DNA of 63,683 nt, filler included, from Hyphochytrium catenoides (taxonomy: Eukaryota > Protista > Hyphochytriomycota): assembly GCA_900088475.1 (NCBI GenBank). It is 10 parts of 10 records of this genome, joined end to end, with 100 filler letters (N's around TTAATTAATTAA, not from the genome) between each part and the next. Parts side by side here need not be neighbours in the genome. Positions count along the whole stretch, not along the records: positions 22,788 to 44,914 come from FLMG01002816.1; 9 more parts are not named here. One strand, 5' to 3'. Each line of letters begins with the position of its first letter. Position 1 is the stretch's first letter. Both the position numbers and the translations under genes were made by a program. Positions 27,537 to 40,032 of this stretch are shown here, one piece after another. The notes under the pieces are model-generated. The model made no database searches. It saw nothing but the letters and a program-made list of their open reading frames with translations, and was not told the origin of the DNA.

Positions 27537-28461
27537 TCACTCTGCTTTAACAAGGCTCTGTGCGGGTAGAAAAGTCAGGCGATGTGGTACAAGCAGCTTT
27601 CAGATGCCTCCCTTACCTCAGTCTCCTTCTTCGCGCAAGCGATAAACGCGTCCGCAAGGCCTCTGCAACGCAGGGCATCACTCTTCTTTCCCGCTACATC
27701 CCGATAACAGGCAAGAATTGCCTCCCGTTCGGGCCCGCAAGGCATATTACTTTTGATCTCCCTAGAGTGCGGGGGGAGCATTTATAGGAAAGGGAAGGTA
27801 TGATGGACGGGAGGAGGGGGATGCGGGGTGCGATAAGGAAGTGGTCCGAGGTAGATCTCGCGCACCAGACGCCTTGCTTCTTACCTGACGCCTTTTGAGC
27901 CCAGCTTCTTGACCACCTCCTGAGTTTTGGCCACCTCCTTTCGTTCTAACTCGTCAAGTTGAACCAAGTACTTGGCCTTCTCGGCCGCTTGGCGGAGTAG
28001 TTCTGCTTCCTCCATGGCCTTCTTGCAGTCATTGTATCCCTTTGGAGACAGCAAAACTTAGCTTCTACGGCGCACATGAGTAAGGAACAGGGCACTACCT
28101 GCTTATAAAGATCAGTAGCATCTACTCTGGGTCTTCTAGGTACCGAGTCTGGCTGCATGGAGGGAGCACCGCCGGAGGATGGTGGAGCCTGACGTTGAGG
28201 TGGAACTGCTGGTGCTCTGCCAAGAAGCCACCATGAGTAGACATAGCGAAGAGTAAGGACGTTAGAAGGTTACCTGTTCGGCTGTTGCTTACGTGATAAC
28301 TTCTCTGCTAGCCCCTGCGATACCTATTGTACCAAAGACTAGGTTCAGTGGCATTAGTTTGCAAGGGGTTGGATGTGAGGTAGACTTACACTGATGGTTG
28401 TCCCGGTGTCCTCATCACTTTGCGTGTGAATATCCGGGTTCTTTGACTCTGTTTGACCCAT
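27537..28461 (-). CDS. MIC19: MICOS subunit Mic19/CHCHD3-like protein
   Basis: Six exons. N-myristoylation start MGQTES, central coiled coil (KKAMEEAELLRQAAEKAK...), and C-terminal twin CX9C (PCGPEREAILAC...LRCRGLADAFIAC). Ends SLVKAE*. Confidence 0.75.
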
Positions 28462-29320
28462 TCTAGGCTCCTGGAAATGGTGAAGCTGGAAGTTACCGTG
28501 GACTCTAGGCTAAGGAATAGCAGACTCTATCAAGAAATCGGGATAGATGCAGTCCAGATTAATTAGTTCGCTCTAATGCTTCGTCGTCCTCAACTGTGTC
28601 AGATCTTGCGCTGCGAATGATACAAAAGAACTCGGCAGTACCAGCTTGAGCTCTTGCAGCAAGTAAGTAGATGTACGACTTTTATACTGCTCGTACCAAG
28701 GCTACGAGTAGCAGCGGCATTTTATTGAGGACGAAGGCAGACCGACAAAGACCAAGACTCTCACTCACTTCACATCTCCTATGTCTGGTCTCATCAGCTG
28801 TCTGCAGATGCTGATGATGTGATAAACAATCAAGAGATGAAGAGATGAAAGACACTAGTTCACTTCCTACCCACCAAGATCTTTTGCCGCTTCTGACTGT
28901 AGAGATCAGGATATCTGATTACCGTGATACTCCCTGTCTGATTACTACAAATGTAGGACTTGCTCCAGAAAGCTTTGATCTCTCTCTGGTGTCAGCGGTA
29001 CAGTAGTTCTACATGACCAGGAAGAGCTGTGAGTGGGAGGTGCTGAAGGGCATCTGGACGAGTGATGAAGCACTGCGGATCCTGCTTGCAGCTACTGTCA
29101 ACGCATCTTCCGCAGCCTGGGGGAAGAAGCTCGAGGAGAAAGAAGGCTTGGCAGAGCTCTTGAGGGGTCTTATGAACCGTTGCCTACGTATACATAGAAC
29201 GGATGGGGAGTTTAGCGAAGTAGATAACTAAATGGACTGACGGTAACTGGAATGGCTGTACGACCTTCGTTCTGAAAGGCTCCCCTGGCGTCGAGCAACA
29301 TTTACTGATCTGTACGCAAG

Positions 29321-32300
29321 ATGGGAACCAATGACGCTAAATCCAGAGTGCGCTCTCGAAGCAGGGAAGGATCAGAAGAAAGGAGAAGCAGCAAGAAGTC
29401 GGAAAAGAAGGTAGGAGGGTCTGTGTATGCTGATCCAAGAAGCTTAGACTGCGTCTCACCTCAGTGCACTTGCGAGATTAGACTGAATACCATTCTTCGA
29501 AGGGACATAGACGGAGCTCTCGAGAGCGTAGCTCAAGAGGTGACTCGGCTGATCGGCATGACACAGTCCACCGGAGGTCTGCGAAAGACATAAGTGAGAG
29601 CGACAGGAAGCAGAGCCGTGACTACAAAGAAAGGACTGAAGACAAGGAGGAGTCTACCAGGGATGGATCGAGGAAGAGGGACAAAACAAGAAAGACACGC
29701 CATCGCAGCGAAGAGAGAGATCGAAGCAGATCTCGCAGAGACCGATCGAGGAGCAGGGAAAAAACCTCCAGGAGAGACCATAGAGATAAGGGTAGAAGCA
29801 AGGATCGTAAGCGAGACAAGAAAGAAGAGAAACGCAAGGATGACACTTACAAGGATCGTCACCGTGAGAAAAAGCGAGACAAAGGAGAAGATAAGGATAA
29901 GAGGGAAGACAAGGACAGAGATAGAAATAGTGAGAAGGAAAAAGGTAGCGGCGGCAGCAGACGGCATAGGGAAGACCGGCGAAGTTCACCGCACCGCACT
30001 TCTGACCGTCCTGAGGAGAAAGAGGAAGAGACGCGCGGAAGCAAGACTAAAGGAGAGAGTGAGGGTCCGGAGAAGCCGACTGAGACAAAGAGGCTAACAA
30101 AGAACGCGGCCTCCGACAGAGAGGACCCGAAAAACGGCGGAATGGAAAAGAGGATCGTCGCTATAGGTGTCCAGCAGAAAGCTGCAGATGAGTCATCAGA
30201 ACCTGATGCGACAGACCGATCTTTGATAAAACCCCAAGATCAAGCCACTCAAGGAAAAGCTGACGCCGAAGTTCTTCAGCAGGTTGTGCACAAGGCGGAG
30301 AGTCCTAAAGGGAAGGCTAGTGGACTTTCCTCGAAGAAACCTGCTGGTGAGTCCGAGATGCCAAGAGAGGAGGAGAGAGAAGTAAATGCATCACAGAAAG
30401 AAGAGAAAGAGAAGAGCGGTAACGATGTGATCAAGTCCAAGGCTAGTCGTCATAGCGAGCGACAATCAAGAAGGAGATCACGTTCTCGTTCGGCTAACCG
30501 CAGAGGCGGTTCCAGAGAGAGAAAGCGAAGCCGCTATTCACGCTCCAGGTAAAGGTTTGTCGTAGCATTCCTTCCCTACTGAATCTCTGTCGGTGTCCTC
30601 TAGTTCTTGATTCCCCTCTGAGGGGCGTTCAACCCCATCCTTACCTCGTCGTCCTCTATGAAAGCAACAAGAATGGAAGATAATGGTTTCACCATATACC
30701 CCCTAGGTCTCGTCAAAGAAGCAGCAACGATAGACGACGCTCTTCAAGAGGGACTACGCATCGCTCACGTTCACGGGGCAGAAAGAGGAGCCGAAGTCGG
30801 TCTAGAAGTCGCGCTAGAGATAGAAAGCACCCAGGCATACCGCAAGCCAAACCCACAGCAGGCGCAGGTATTTATACCCTTCTATTTCCTTTCCGTCTGT
30901 GCAGCGGTTTGCCCTTGAGACCCCTTAGCTCCTTGCTCTACTCGAAGATTCTAGTTGTTGAGCGAGCGGACAACACTTTGACGGGTCCTTTTCCTGGTAG
31001 ATCCGCTCCTGGCAAAATTGATGGCTGCGCACCCCACAGCCAGTCTGCAAGAGATACTGGCCAAGCTGCAGCACATCAATTCCGTCGCGGCTGCGTCTGG
31101 TACGAATCCTTCTCTGCTAGTCCCGAACCCCTCCACTAAGCAGCAGCGAGAGCTCTATGTGGGCAATCTTCCTCCTGGAATCACAGCCCCGCAGCTGATA
31201 GAGTTTATGGGTAAGCAAGCATTGGAAATGCCAAACCGCGAAGAAACACTCTCCTATGTGAAGGAGAGAACATCGAGGGATCTTTCACATAGCAATTTGA
31301 TGGTTTAGGGCAAGGGGATAGCTGCAATACAATATCGTGAAGGAAGGAGCTCTGTATTTGTAGAGGAATTACGATGGGAGAGAACCGAGCGGGTTGACGA
31401 AGGAGCGAGCATCCGCCACTCGGATCCTTTCAAAGCCAGATTCCCATCTCACAGTTTGTTCCCTTGTACTCTAGGTACGGTGATTCAACAGCTGGGGATC
31501 AACACCGGCCCGGGAAACCCGATCCTGAATGCCTGGGTCAGTGCTGATGGGCACTATGCGTTCTGTGAATTTAGGAGTGCGGAGGAGTGCGACATGGCGC
31601 TTAACCTCACAGGACTTACCTTGCTAGGTCAGCTTCCACTCCAACCCATTGCTTATCACATCAGTCCCATTTAAGGGCATATATATCTGTCCCTACGCCT
31701 TGACCGCTTTCAACTCGTTGAGTTATCACTCTGCAACTGCTGCCTTGCTGTCTCCCTCTACCTATCAACCTCTGCCCTGAGCTTCAAGTCGAGTCATAAC
31801 CACTTCTCAATGCAGGCCAACCATTAAAGGTAGGGAGACCCAAGACCTATCAAGAAAGCCTGGCGTCCGGTATGGGAGTGGTGCCAACGCCCCTGGCTGG
31901 ACTGGGCGGAAGCGTGATAACCCCAGCTGATCCATCGAAGCTAATACCTGCGGGAGGCAGGCTGCTGATGTCAAACATACCTCAATACCTGACGGAGAAC
32001 GCTATCAAGGAGATAATTTCACCGTTTGGAGAGCTAAAGCAGTTTGAGCTTCTGAAAGAGGAAGGGGAGAAAGAGCCAGGGAAGGCATTGTTTGAGTTTG
32101 TGAACCCGATGNNNNNNNNNNNNNNNNNNNNNNTATCTCCCTTGCAATCCGACCCACTCTCACCCTTGCCTTGCCCGTTCGGTGCACAGGCACTGACGGC
32201 CCTAAATGGGTTCGACATCCTAGGCCAAAAAGTTGTTGTGCAGTGGGCCACAGGTGATAAACATCAGTTCTCTGAAAAGGCTAGCACAGGTCCACAAGTC

Positions 32301-32879
32301 ATATCAAAAGTAGTCTGCTTGGAAAACATGGTTACGGAGGAAGAGCTGGTGGACGATGAAGAAGTCGCAGACATAGAGGAAGACACTCGGGAGGAGTGTA
32401 AGAAGTACGGAGAGCTCGTTTCTATCTACATTCCCAGACACAAGGTCAGTCCAAAAATCTCATCCTTCTTCTCCTTTCTCGAGAACTCATTGTGAATCAT
32501 ATATATAGAATGGAGATGCCGCCGAAGACGTAACAAAAATTTACGTTGAGTTCACGTCTGTAGAGTCGGCCGAGAAGGCAGCAAAGGTATAGTTGCGATG
32601 CCCCTTGGCTTCATCAGAACCATCGTGCACTTCTTATTCTCCAAACAAGTCCTTTATCTCTACTCTGACACATTTGATACTCCTCCCTTTGCTCTCCTCC
32701 TGATATCTTGTCGGGACAAGGCTCTTGGCGGTAGAGTATTCTCCGGTCGCGCGGTCAAGGCTTATCTATATTCCGAGGAGGACTTCGCAACAAAGAAACT
32801 GAAGAGTGGAGTCCAGAAGGCAGAAGCAGATTCAAAGGTGAAGCTCGCTGCCCCGCCCCCAGCGGACGACATGGATTAG
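29321..32879 (+). CDS. U2AF2: U2AF large subunit (U2AF65/U2AF2)-like splicing factor with a very long RS/charged N-terminus
   Basis: Exons 29321-29410, 29482-30548, 30707-30867, 31001-31210, 31475-31627, 31816-gap, 32190-32444, 32509-32586, 32721-32879. RRM1 (RELYVGNLPPG, YAFCEFRSAEE), RRM2 (LKEIISPFGELK-type), C-terminal UHM (VVCLENMVTEEEL...DIEEDTREECKKYG...LGGRVFSGRAV). Confidence 0.88.
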
Positions 32880-32969
32880 GGCTGCTTCTGCAGAATAATG
32901 GGGAGAAGATATTCCTAGATAGCTTCATCTCTTGAACATATGCCCTTTCCCCACGTTGCTCTTGATTCT

Positions 32970-34583
32970 TTACTTCTTAGCTTTAAGCGCCGCTACATAA
33001 GCTTCTAAAGACCGCTGAACCTGCTCTGAGAGGCAGAATTCTGTGAAAGTACGGAGGTCTCCCTCCCTATTGTCCTGCAACTTCTGTACGTACGGTTGCC
33101 GCATCCTTCTCTTGGGCTCTGCTCGGGGATAAGCTACGGACATCATCGAGGCTTAGTAGCTCACAAGACAAGGGTAAATTGTATCGTGCTTTCAGTCCAC
33201 CTTCTCCTTGTGAGAACATAGACGGCTCTCTGGAAAACCAGCCCTCTTCGGATTTGACTTACCAGCGATCTGTAGCATCTCCTGTGCCTCTGAATGTGCT
33301 CTCTCCATTACCTGCTCTTGAGGCACTGCTTCGTCTACTAGCTTGATCTTTGCTGCCTCTTCAGCAGTCAGTTGCAAGCCCAAGGAGAGCATGCGTTCCG
33401 TGGGCCTATGACTGAAGACAAGCAAGTGTAAGAAGGACAGTACTTCGTATGAGAGATACCGGAGACCTAACCCGTCCATACATATTGAGTTCCATGAGCA
33501 TAGATAAAAACGAGGGCACCACACTGACTCCGGAATTTGGCTTGTCCGTTATTGAACTTACCCAATGGTGTTGGTCATCGTGTCAATGAACCAGGTAGGA
33601 GCCACAATGCCCAGGCGCGATTCGTTAAGACCAATGCGATAGCCTCCTGTCGCCATGACCCTGTCAATTGTATTAGCAACAGACGCTGCAAGAATTGCAT
33701 CTCAAGCTCTGGGTGAGATTCTTCGCGGCATCTCCTATCAAACTAGAGAACCCAGAAACTCCCACCGAGTAGGTAGACGCAGACTTTGAAGTGAGGGATA
33801 CCAAAGATGTGGAGCAAGTGAGGGTCAAGTATGAGAGATGTGCTTTGTCCAACGCCGACCTGTAGTCACAGCTCATAGCCAACAAACACCCGCCTGCTGG
33901 GCTGTGGCCTTCGATGGCTGCGATGGTCCCAAGAGGAGAGGCGTATAGCGTCATCCACAAGTCCTGAAGCGCCCTCCAGAACTTATCAAGTCGAATCGGC
34001 TATGAACGTAAGGAGTTGAGCAGCGGCGTTCGGTAAGGTTACCATTATATAAAAGTTATAGTGATCAGTCAATTTCTCACTGCCATCTCGTGATGTCAAA
34101 AAGAAAAGACCGACCTTATACATTTCCATGATGTCCAGACCAGCACTGAACACCTTGGGGCGCGCAGAGGCCAGGATCATCACCCTGATTTGAGAGAGAC
34201 AGTTAGCATATGAGGGTGTATCACTCTAGGGCTTTCCTTAGGGAAAGGCCAAACAATACGTACTGGCAAGTCTTGTCGCGTTCAAGGTCTGAGATAGTGT
34301 TTTTGAGTTCGGATAAAAGCTGTTAAGGCAAACAGAACAAACGCCATTCGAGGAACCCTTAGATATTAACCTCGCGCAGAGAAAAGTTGTCTCAAACCTC
34401 ATAGTTAAGAGAGTTGACAGGGGGTCTATTCATGCGAACGACTGCAATCTTCCCATCTCTCTCAACCTGCACCAAGTTCCCCTCTGTTGCAGAGGACTGA
34501 AATCTAGCATGGTACGGGAGTCCTCCCATTCTCGAGCTTACTCTGGAGAGAGCAGTAAAAGTGAACGACAGGAGGAGTTTCAT
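32970..34583 (-). CDS. ECI1: Mitochondrial enoyl-CoA delta isomerase 1 (crotonase family)
   Basis: Targeting-like N-terminus, then MNRPPVNSLNYE, VFSAGLDIMEMY, AAIEGHSPAGGCLLAMSCDYR, IGLNESRLGIVAPTWF, TERMLSLG. Ends YVAALKAKK*. Confidence 0.9.
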
Positions 34584-35727
34584 GCTTCATAAACCGTACC
34601 TCAACGCACTGCCAAGGATTGCTGCAGATCGTGGAATGCCCTTCTTATTAAAAGTAGAGGCCAAGTGTCGGATAGCTCCGGCGGAAGCCATGAACCAAGT
34701 CGCCATCAATCACTATCAGGACTCCAAAGGGGATAACACACTACCTATGCTGTTCGAAGTGTAGATGAGTCTCTTCACGCTCCAGCTATTCTCTCACTCT
34801 GGCCTAAACCTTCCTCTGATGTTCCTTAGTCTTTTATACCTCCCGCAGCGTCGGCGGCACTGCTAGCACCACCATAACTCTATCATTATGGTCCGCACTG
34901 CAATGAAGAGAACTGACGGATCTTCAAGAATCCATAAAACACCGCTGCAGCTCGTCAAGGCTCCCAAGTCTGTGTGTTGTAGTAGTAGCATGCTGTTCGG
35001 CGAGTGGTAGCTCTTCAAGTTAGGGGATATATGGTGTGTACACCCATACTCTGCTACAACGAGGTGCACGCTCCAAGCTGTACCGATACTGCCGCTTTGC
35101 TTGCTTCCAGTCTGGCGGCAATACAATGATGGCACCATGTAAAGGTAGAGCTTACAGATTCATCCGATAGATAAAGAAGGCTTCTCTTCGAATACTATCA
35201 ACGTGCTCGCGCGCCACTGTGTCACCAATAAGAGTAAGACTTTGCGGCTTGCTTCGCTCGGTATTTTTTGCTGATCGTCCTCCTAGTTGTAGAACTCAGA
35301 AGGTGACAGGGATCACGCCTGTGATCACCTCATGGACGATCGATCTATCTGGAAGCAAGGGTGAGAACAGCTCCTTCGCGAGTAAGTTCTCTCGTGTCAG
35401 GAAGAGAAGAGGAGCGGTTTACACTAGGGAAGCTGTGTGAGGCCACGCAGCCTCGCCAGCTTAAATTTAGTACCAGAGGGGAGGAGGTGGATTAAGCTGC
35501 TGGCCATGCGAGTACGACATATTCTCAGAATGCTCTTGAATGACTGATAAGAGGAGCAGCACAAGCACTTTCTCACGATACAATCACTATTAACAATAAA
35601 TACACAGAGATTTGACCCTTCTTCCTCTGGAATTCCCAGCCCTGCCAATTTGTAAGATAAAGCATGGATGGTGTCGCCACTGCCATAAGCACCATAAAAC
35701 CTTGACAAGGAGCCACTGTCAGCACTC

Positions 35728-38589
35728 TTAAAGGAAGCCGGCTTCTGAAATCGAATTAACAAATGTAATGCTCTCCTGAGTGTTGGCATGCTTCGCTAAC
35801 CGCCACAGATCCACCTGGGACTTTTGGAAACTATCAAAAGAAGGGTCAGAAGGCTCCCCTACGTTCAATGTAGATGAACAAAAGGCGAGCTTACTATTTC
35901 ATCCTAGTTTTCAGCAGCTTCAGCAGTTTGTCATCAGCTCGGAGTGTCATCGACTTTCCATTGTCTCCTCTGGTGCTTGCTACCCGCTTCCTGTCGTCAC
36001 CCTTTCCAATGACAGCGTAGGCGTGCTCCTGATAAGAGAGGAAGCTAGAAATTGCTTCATAAACTTTGCGAAACTTGGCAAAGTGTATGAGCCCGTGCTC
36101 CAAGGAAGGCATCCCCTCTTCTAGACCGAATACGTCCTTGGTCGCCACCGCCAAGCAGGGAACACAGGGTTGCCCGTCACAAAGGGCGACAGCCTACAGG
36201 GAGAAGGTTTTATTACCAAAACTATAGGCGCCCTATAAAGAGCATCCAGACTGTTACCTGTCGATATTGGGTATAGTTATTGTCAGAACTGATGAGCTGC
36301 TGTAGCACAGCAAATCTCTCCAATCTCGATTGATGCACTAGCGTCCAGGTATTGTGGAGTTGACTAGAGAATATGGCGTTAGGCCCGCAACAACAGAACC
36401 AAACACGAAAATCCAGTAGATACTCACGCTAAACACGGGTTCTTGAGGCCATTGACCACCTCAAAGAGAGTGTTGAAGTTGTTCAGGCGGCGACAGGTCT
36501 CTGCTACATCAATAAAGAAAGAGATGACCTTCGCACGGTCTGAGGTCTCCAGCTTCGGATGCAAGACCTCACTAGCTACCCAGTTTGCCCTCTTCATCAA
36601 CAGGGACCTGATTAGAAGCAAACAACTTGCAGCAGATTAACACAAACACTTACCGCGTTAAAGAGCTCAATCATCCGCACAATATGCCGGGCCTCTTTTC
36701 TCTTTGTCTCCTCCCTCGTCCAGGCCTTGTTAGTGAACTCTCGAGGCTGAGACATCAACCAGTCAGCGCGCGTTGGCAGCACCTCCGCCACCGGACCTAG
36801 GTTTACCTGAATCCTCGCATAGTATTGTTCCATCTCTGAGAGGGTAAGCACCTCCGCCACGTGCTCGGCAGGCAAACCCAGGAGCGGCTTAAGCTTGTGA
36901 CTACTTTTGTTGAGCTTCGGATTACTCGACGTGGTTGAAGCCTTCGATGAACCAGAGCTCCCTGCGCGCACTCTGCCAAGGATGAGAGTCAGATTCTGCC
37001 AGAAAGGCCTACGGCCAACTATCACACAATCGACTTACTTCTTATCAGGCGGCGGAGAGCCTTGCAATGACTGCAGACTAGACAATGCCGAGAGCGAGGC
37101 TGTTGTTGTCTCCGAGTTCCTGTAAAGACCATCTTAGCTCAAGCGTCAGCTAGTCATTAACCGATACACCTACATCGAAGCTTCTCTGGCCTCTCCTGAT
37201 ATCCTCAAACGCTGCAAGTCTCCAGCCTCGCCAAACACGTAATCTCCGTCGGACGAGGCTGAAGTTGAAAGCTGCAAGTCTCCCGGCGAAACGGATGACG
37301 TGACAGAGAACTGTCCACTTCTGCCCCTATCTTTGTCCATATGAGCAGTATCAAGATCTCCCGCAGCAGCCGCCATAGGATCCCCATCCATTGTCACAAA
37401 GCCTGACTGGTCCACCTGCACTTTGACTATAGAGAGCAGAAGGAACCACATATAATTACCTATGTTACATCAAAGGTGAAGTAGAAGCAGGGTTGGTACC
37501 TTTTGATAACTGCGAATGTGATGTAGGCGATAGTGCTCCTGATTTTGAGTCAGAGATGTCAAGCTGTGACAGATCAAATTCTGTGGATTTCCGGTCCAGC
37601 TCAGATTGCTCCGATCTTTCCGCTCTCCATTGACTCATCAAGTCCTGTCGAAGATTGAGTACCAATTGCACCTTAACACTCATACGGTCACGGCCTTACC
37701 AGCAAACTAGTTGCAATGTTCCTTTGACCCGATCCATAGCCTTCAAGGACGTGATTAAAGAAAGTGGTGAGAACCTCCTGAGAGTGAGGCAGTGTTAGTC
37801 AGGCTCATGAGCGTCTTAGAGAGAGTCAACTATACCTGAGCTTCAGGGTCTCCCATGATATCTCCACGGGTAAAGTCCTTCTTCATCCAAAAGCTCATCA
37901 TACTAAGAACTTTGAGCTGGAGCACACTATTTCGGGCCACCACCGCAGCTGGAAGTGGTCTGCCTGTCTTGGACTCAGCACTAACTGCTGAAAACCTCTC
38001 TATAAGCCCTTGGGCGACTTGAGCCGGAGTAGCGAATGCGCTACGATAGTTGATGTCAGATTCGACTGTTTTAGGCTGAGAACCTTAACGATTGCTGCTC
38101 GTACCGATAACAAAGGACGAAGGCATTCTTGAACACGAAGTCTGATTCCTTGTCGTCCGTGAGCTTCTCAATCAGCTGTGTCCTATCAGGTTAGCTTGGC
38201 TTCAAGTTAGCAACACTTGAAACTTTTACCTTGTCTAGAGAGGCATACTTGATGTACGCAATTGCCGAAGCCTGTCCTCTTGGAACATTCGCGTAGATTA
38301 TCTGGGAAAAGTAGTATTAGCCTTAATGTTGTTCTTTCTGAAGATTTATAGGTAAGAATACCTTCCCACGCTGCATCTGAGAAGCATCTGGTAGGGTAAT
38401 AGCAGAAGAAGACGAAGCCTCAGTATTCCTAGACGTGTCAATATTCCTTGGTAGAGCAAAAGCTGCTGCCGCTGCTGCTGCTGCTGCAGCTTCAGGGTTT
38501 TGCGCTGCAAGCCGACCTGCCCATAGAGATCATGTCAGAGCTACCACGGTATTACCAGAGAACTCTAGGCCCTAACCTGTCCTCTCCAT
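35728..38589 (-). CDS. RasGEF (REM + CDC25-homology domain), paralog B
   Basis: Spliced ORF MERTGRLAAQNPEAAAA...YIKYASLDK|LIEKLTDDKESDFVFKNAF...NWVASEVLHPKLETSDRAKVISFFIDVAETCRRLNNFNTLFE...IHFAKFRKV...NSISEAGFL*. Closely similar to paralog A. Confidence 0.9.
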
Positions 38590-40032
38590 CCTGAGTTCAA
38601 GGAACACAAGGACGCTGCGCGGTATGTACAAAGCTCCTTTGGATTACGAAGTCTGAGGCCTCTGCCAGACACATCTCCGCCGCGTCTGCATGAAGGTTTA
38701 TCGGCACGAAGCTCTGGGTCTGTTGCTGTTTTTCCCAGAGCCGCCGCCGTCTTCCCATGTTTGGCCCTTTCACCCGTTGGCGTCATAAGGGAGAGAGAGA
38801 AGAAACACCCTCTAGGCAAAAATTGGCGGATCTCTCACAGCAGCAGAGAGGAAAGGAGGAGGATTTTTGATTATTTTCAATCCGAGGGGTAGCTCCACCA
38901 ACCTAATCATTACGACGTTTCTGATTCTGGCACTACATGACGCTATTCCAGTGAAGACCCTTGGCCTCCTGAGGCTATAAGTGCGGCCAGTCTGGGGTAA
39001 GATCGAGGAGCGGGTTGGACATTCGAAGTGCCTCTGAAATGTGAAGGCAATCTAGGTGGCGTTCTGAACCTGCGCCGTCCTATGAGAGCCACCACTGTTC
39101 TGTATCAGATTAGTCGCACCTCTGTACCTAATCCTAGTCCGATTGGCTTGGAACTTGGGCCAAAAAAGGGCCTGTCTAGTGTCATTCCTACGGATTAGGA
39201 ATAAGGTAGGGCTTCCGAGGTTACTATTCTTGTATAGAAGTTAACTTATTCGGTATACGTCTTGGGTTGTCAGTATCCAAACTAAGGTACTACTATTTTT
39301 GGTCAAGCAATTAAACCGAAGAGAATCAGCACCATTAGATATTGCTACTCCGAAGCACTAACTAGCTCCTGAACTTTGATAGTGTAGTGTACGGCCGTTA
39401 GCAGCTCTTTAGGTGGTTTCAGTATCAGTTCCGTCGCTGTCTGTCATCAGGTGAACTGTGACGGGCAGTGTAGGTTGGACCCAAGCTTCAAGCGATTCTG
39501 GGTGGAACTTCTGATTCTGCCCTGCCGTAGCTCCTGCCATACAGACAAGAGCTTGCTAAGAACACCGAAGACCTTGTCCTTATGGAGTCATGAATAGGTT
39601 CTACGGACTTGGTATGCCCAGCGAAATGGATGAAAATTCAACAACCGGTTCGGCGAGGAAACCAACTCAACAGCGGCAGATGTCAGGAAGACGTTCGCCA
39701 GATGCTGTTGGCAGACCAAGTCCCCATTGAGCTACTTAGGGAGAAGAGAGGAGAGCCATAGGCCTTCAGGAGACGTGGTCGTGTTCACGGACGCGTCACT
39801 GCAGAAGCACATAAGAGGCTCACGTTATGGGTCTACTTATGGGTCTACTTGTAGGATTCGACATTTTGCATGTAGGAGATGGTGGACTGTACTGAAGCGC
39901 GGGGCATCCCATTTGGATTATGATTACAAGTCAAAACTAAGATTTATTATCAATGGCCCTTTACAAGAGACCCATGTCGTGCACTTCCTTCAGGAGTAGA
40001 AGCAAGGATGGGCCCTACACTGGAACTGGCCA

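Noticed and set aside
38800-40000. Short ORFs and a small hairpin (about 39437-39470) between RasGEF B and WRAP73
   Set aside because: No coherent spliced model or recognisable RNA family; unresolved without transcript data.
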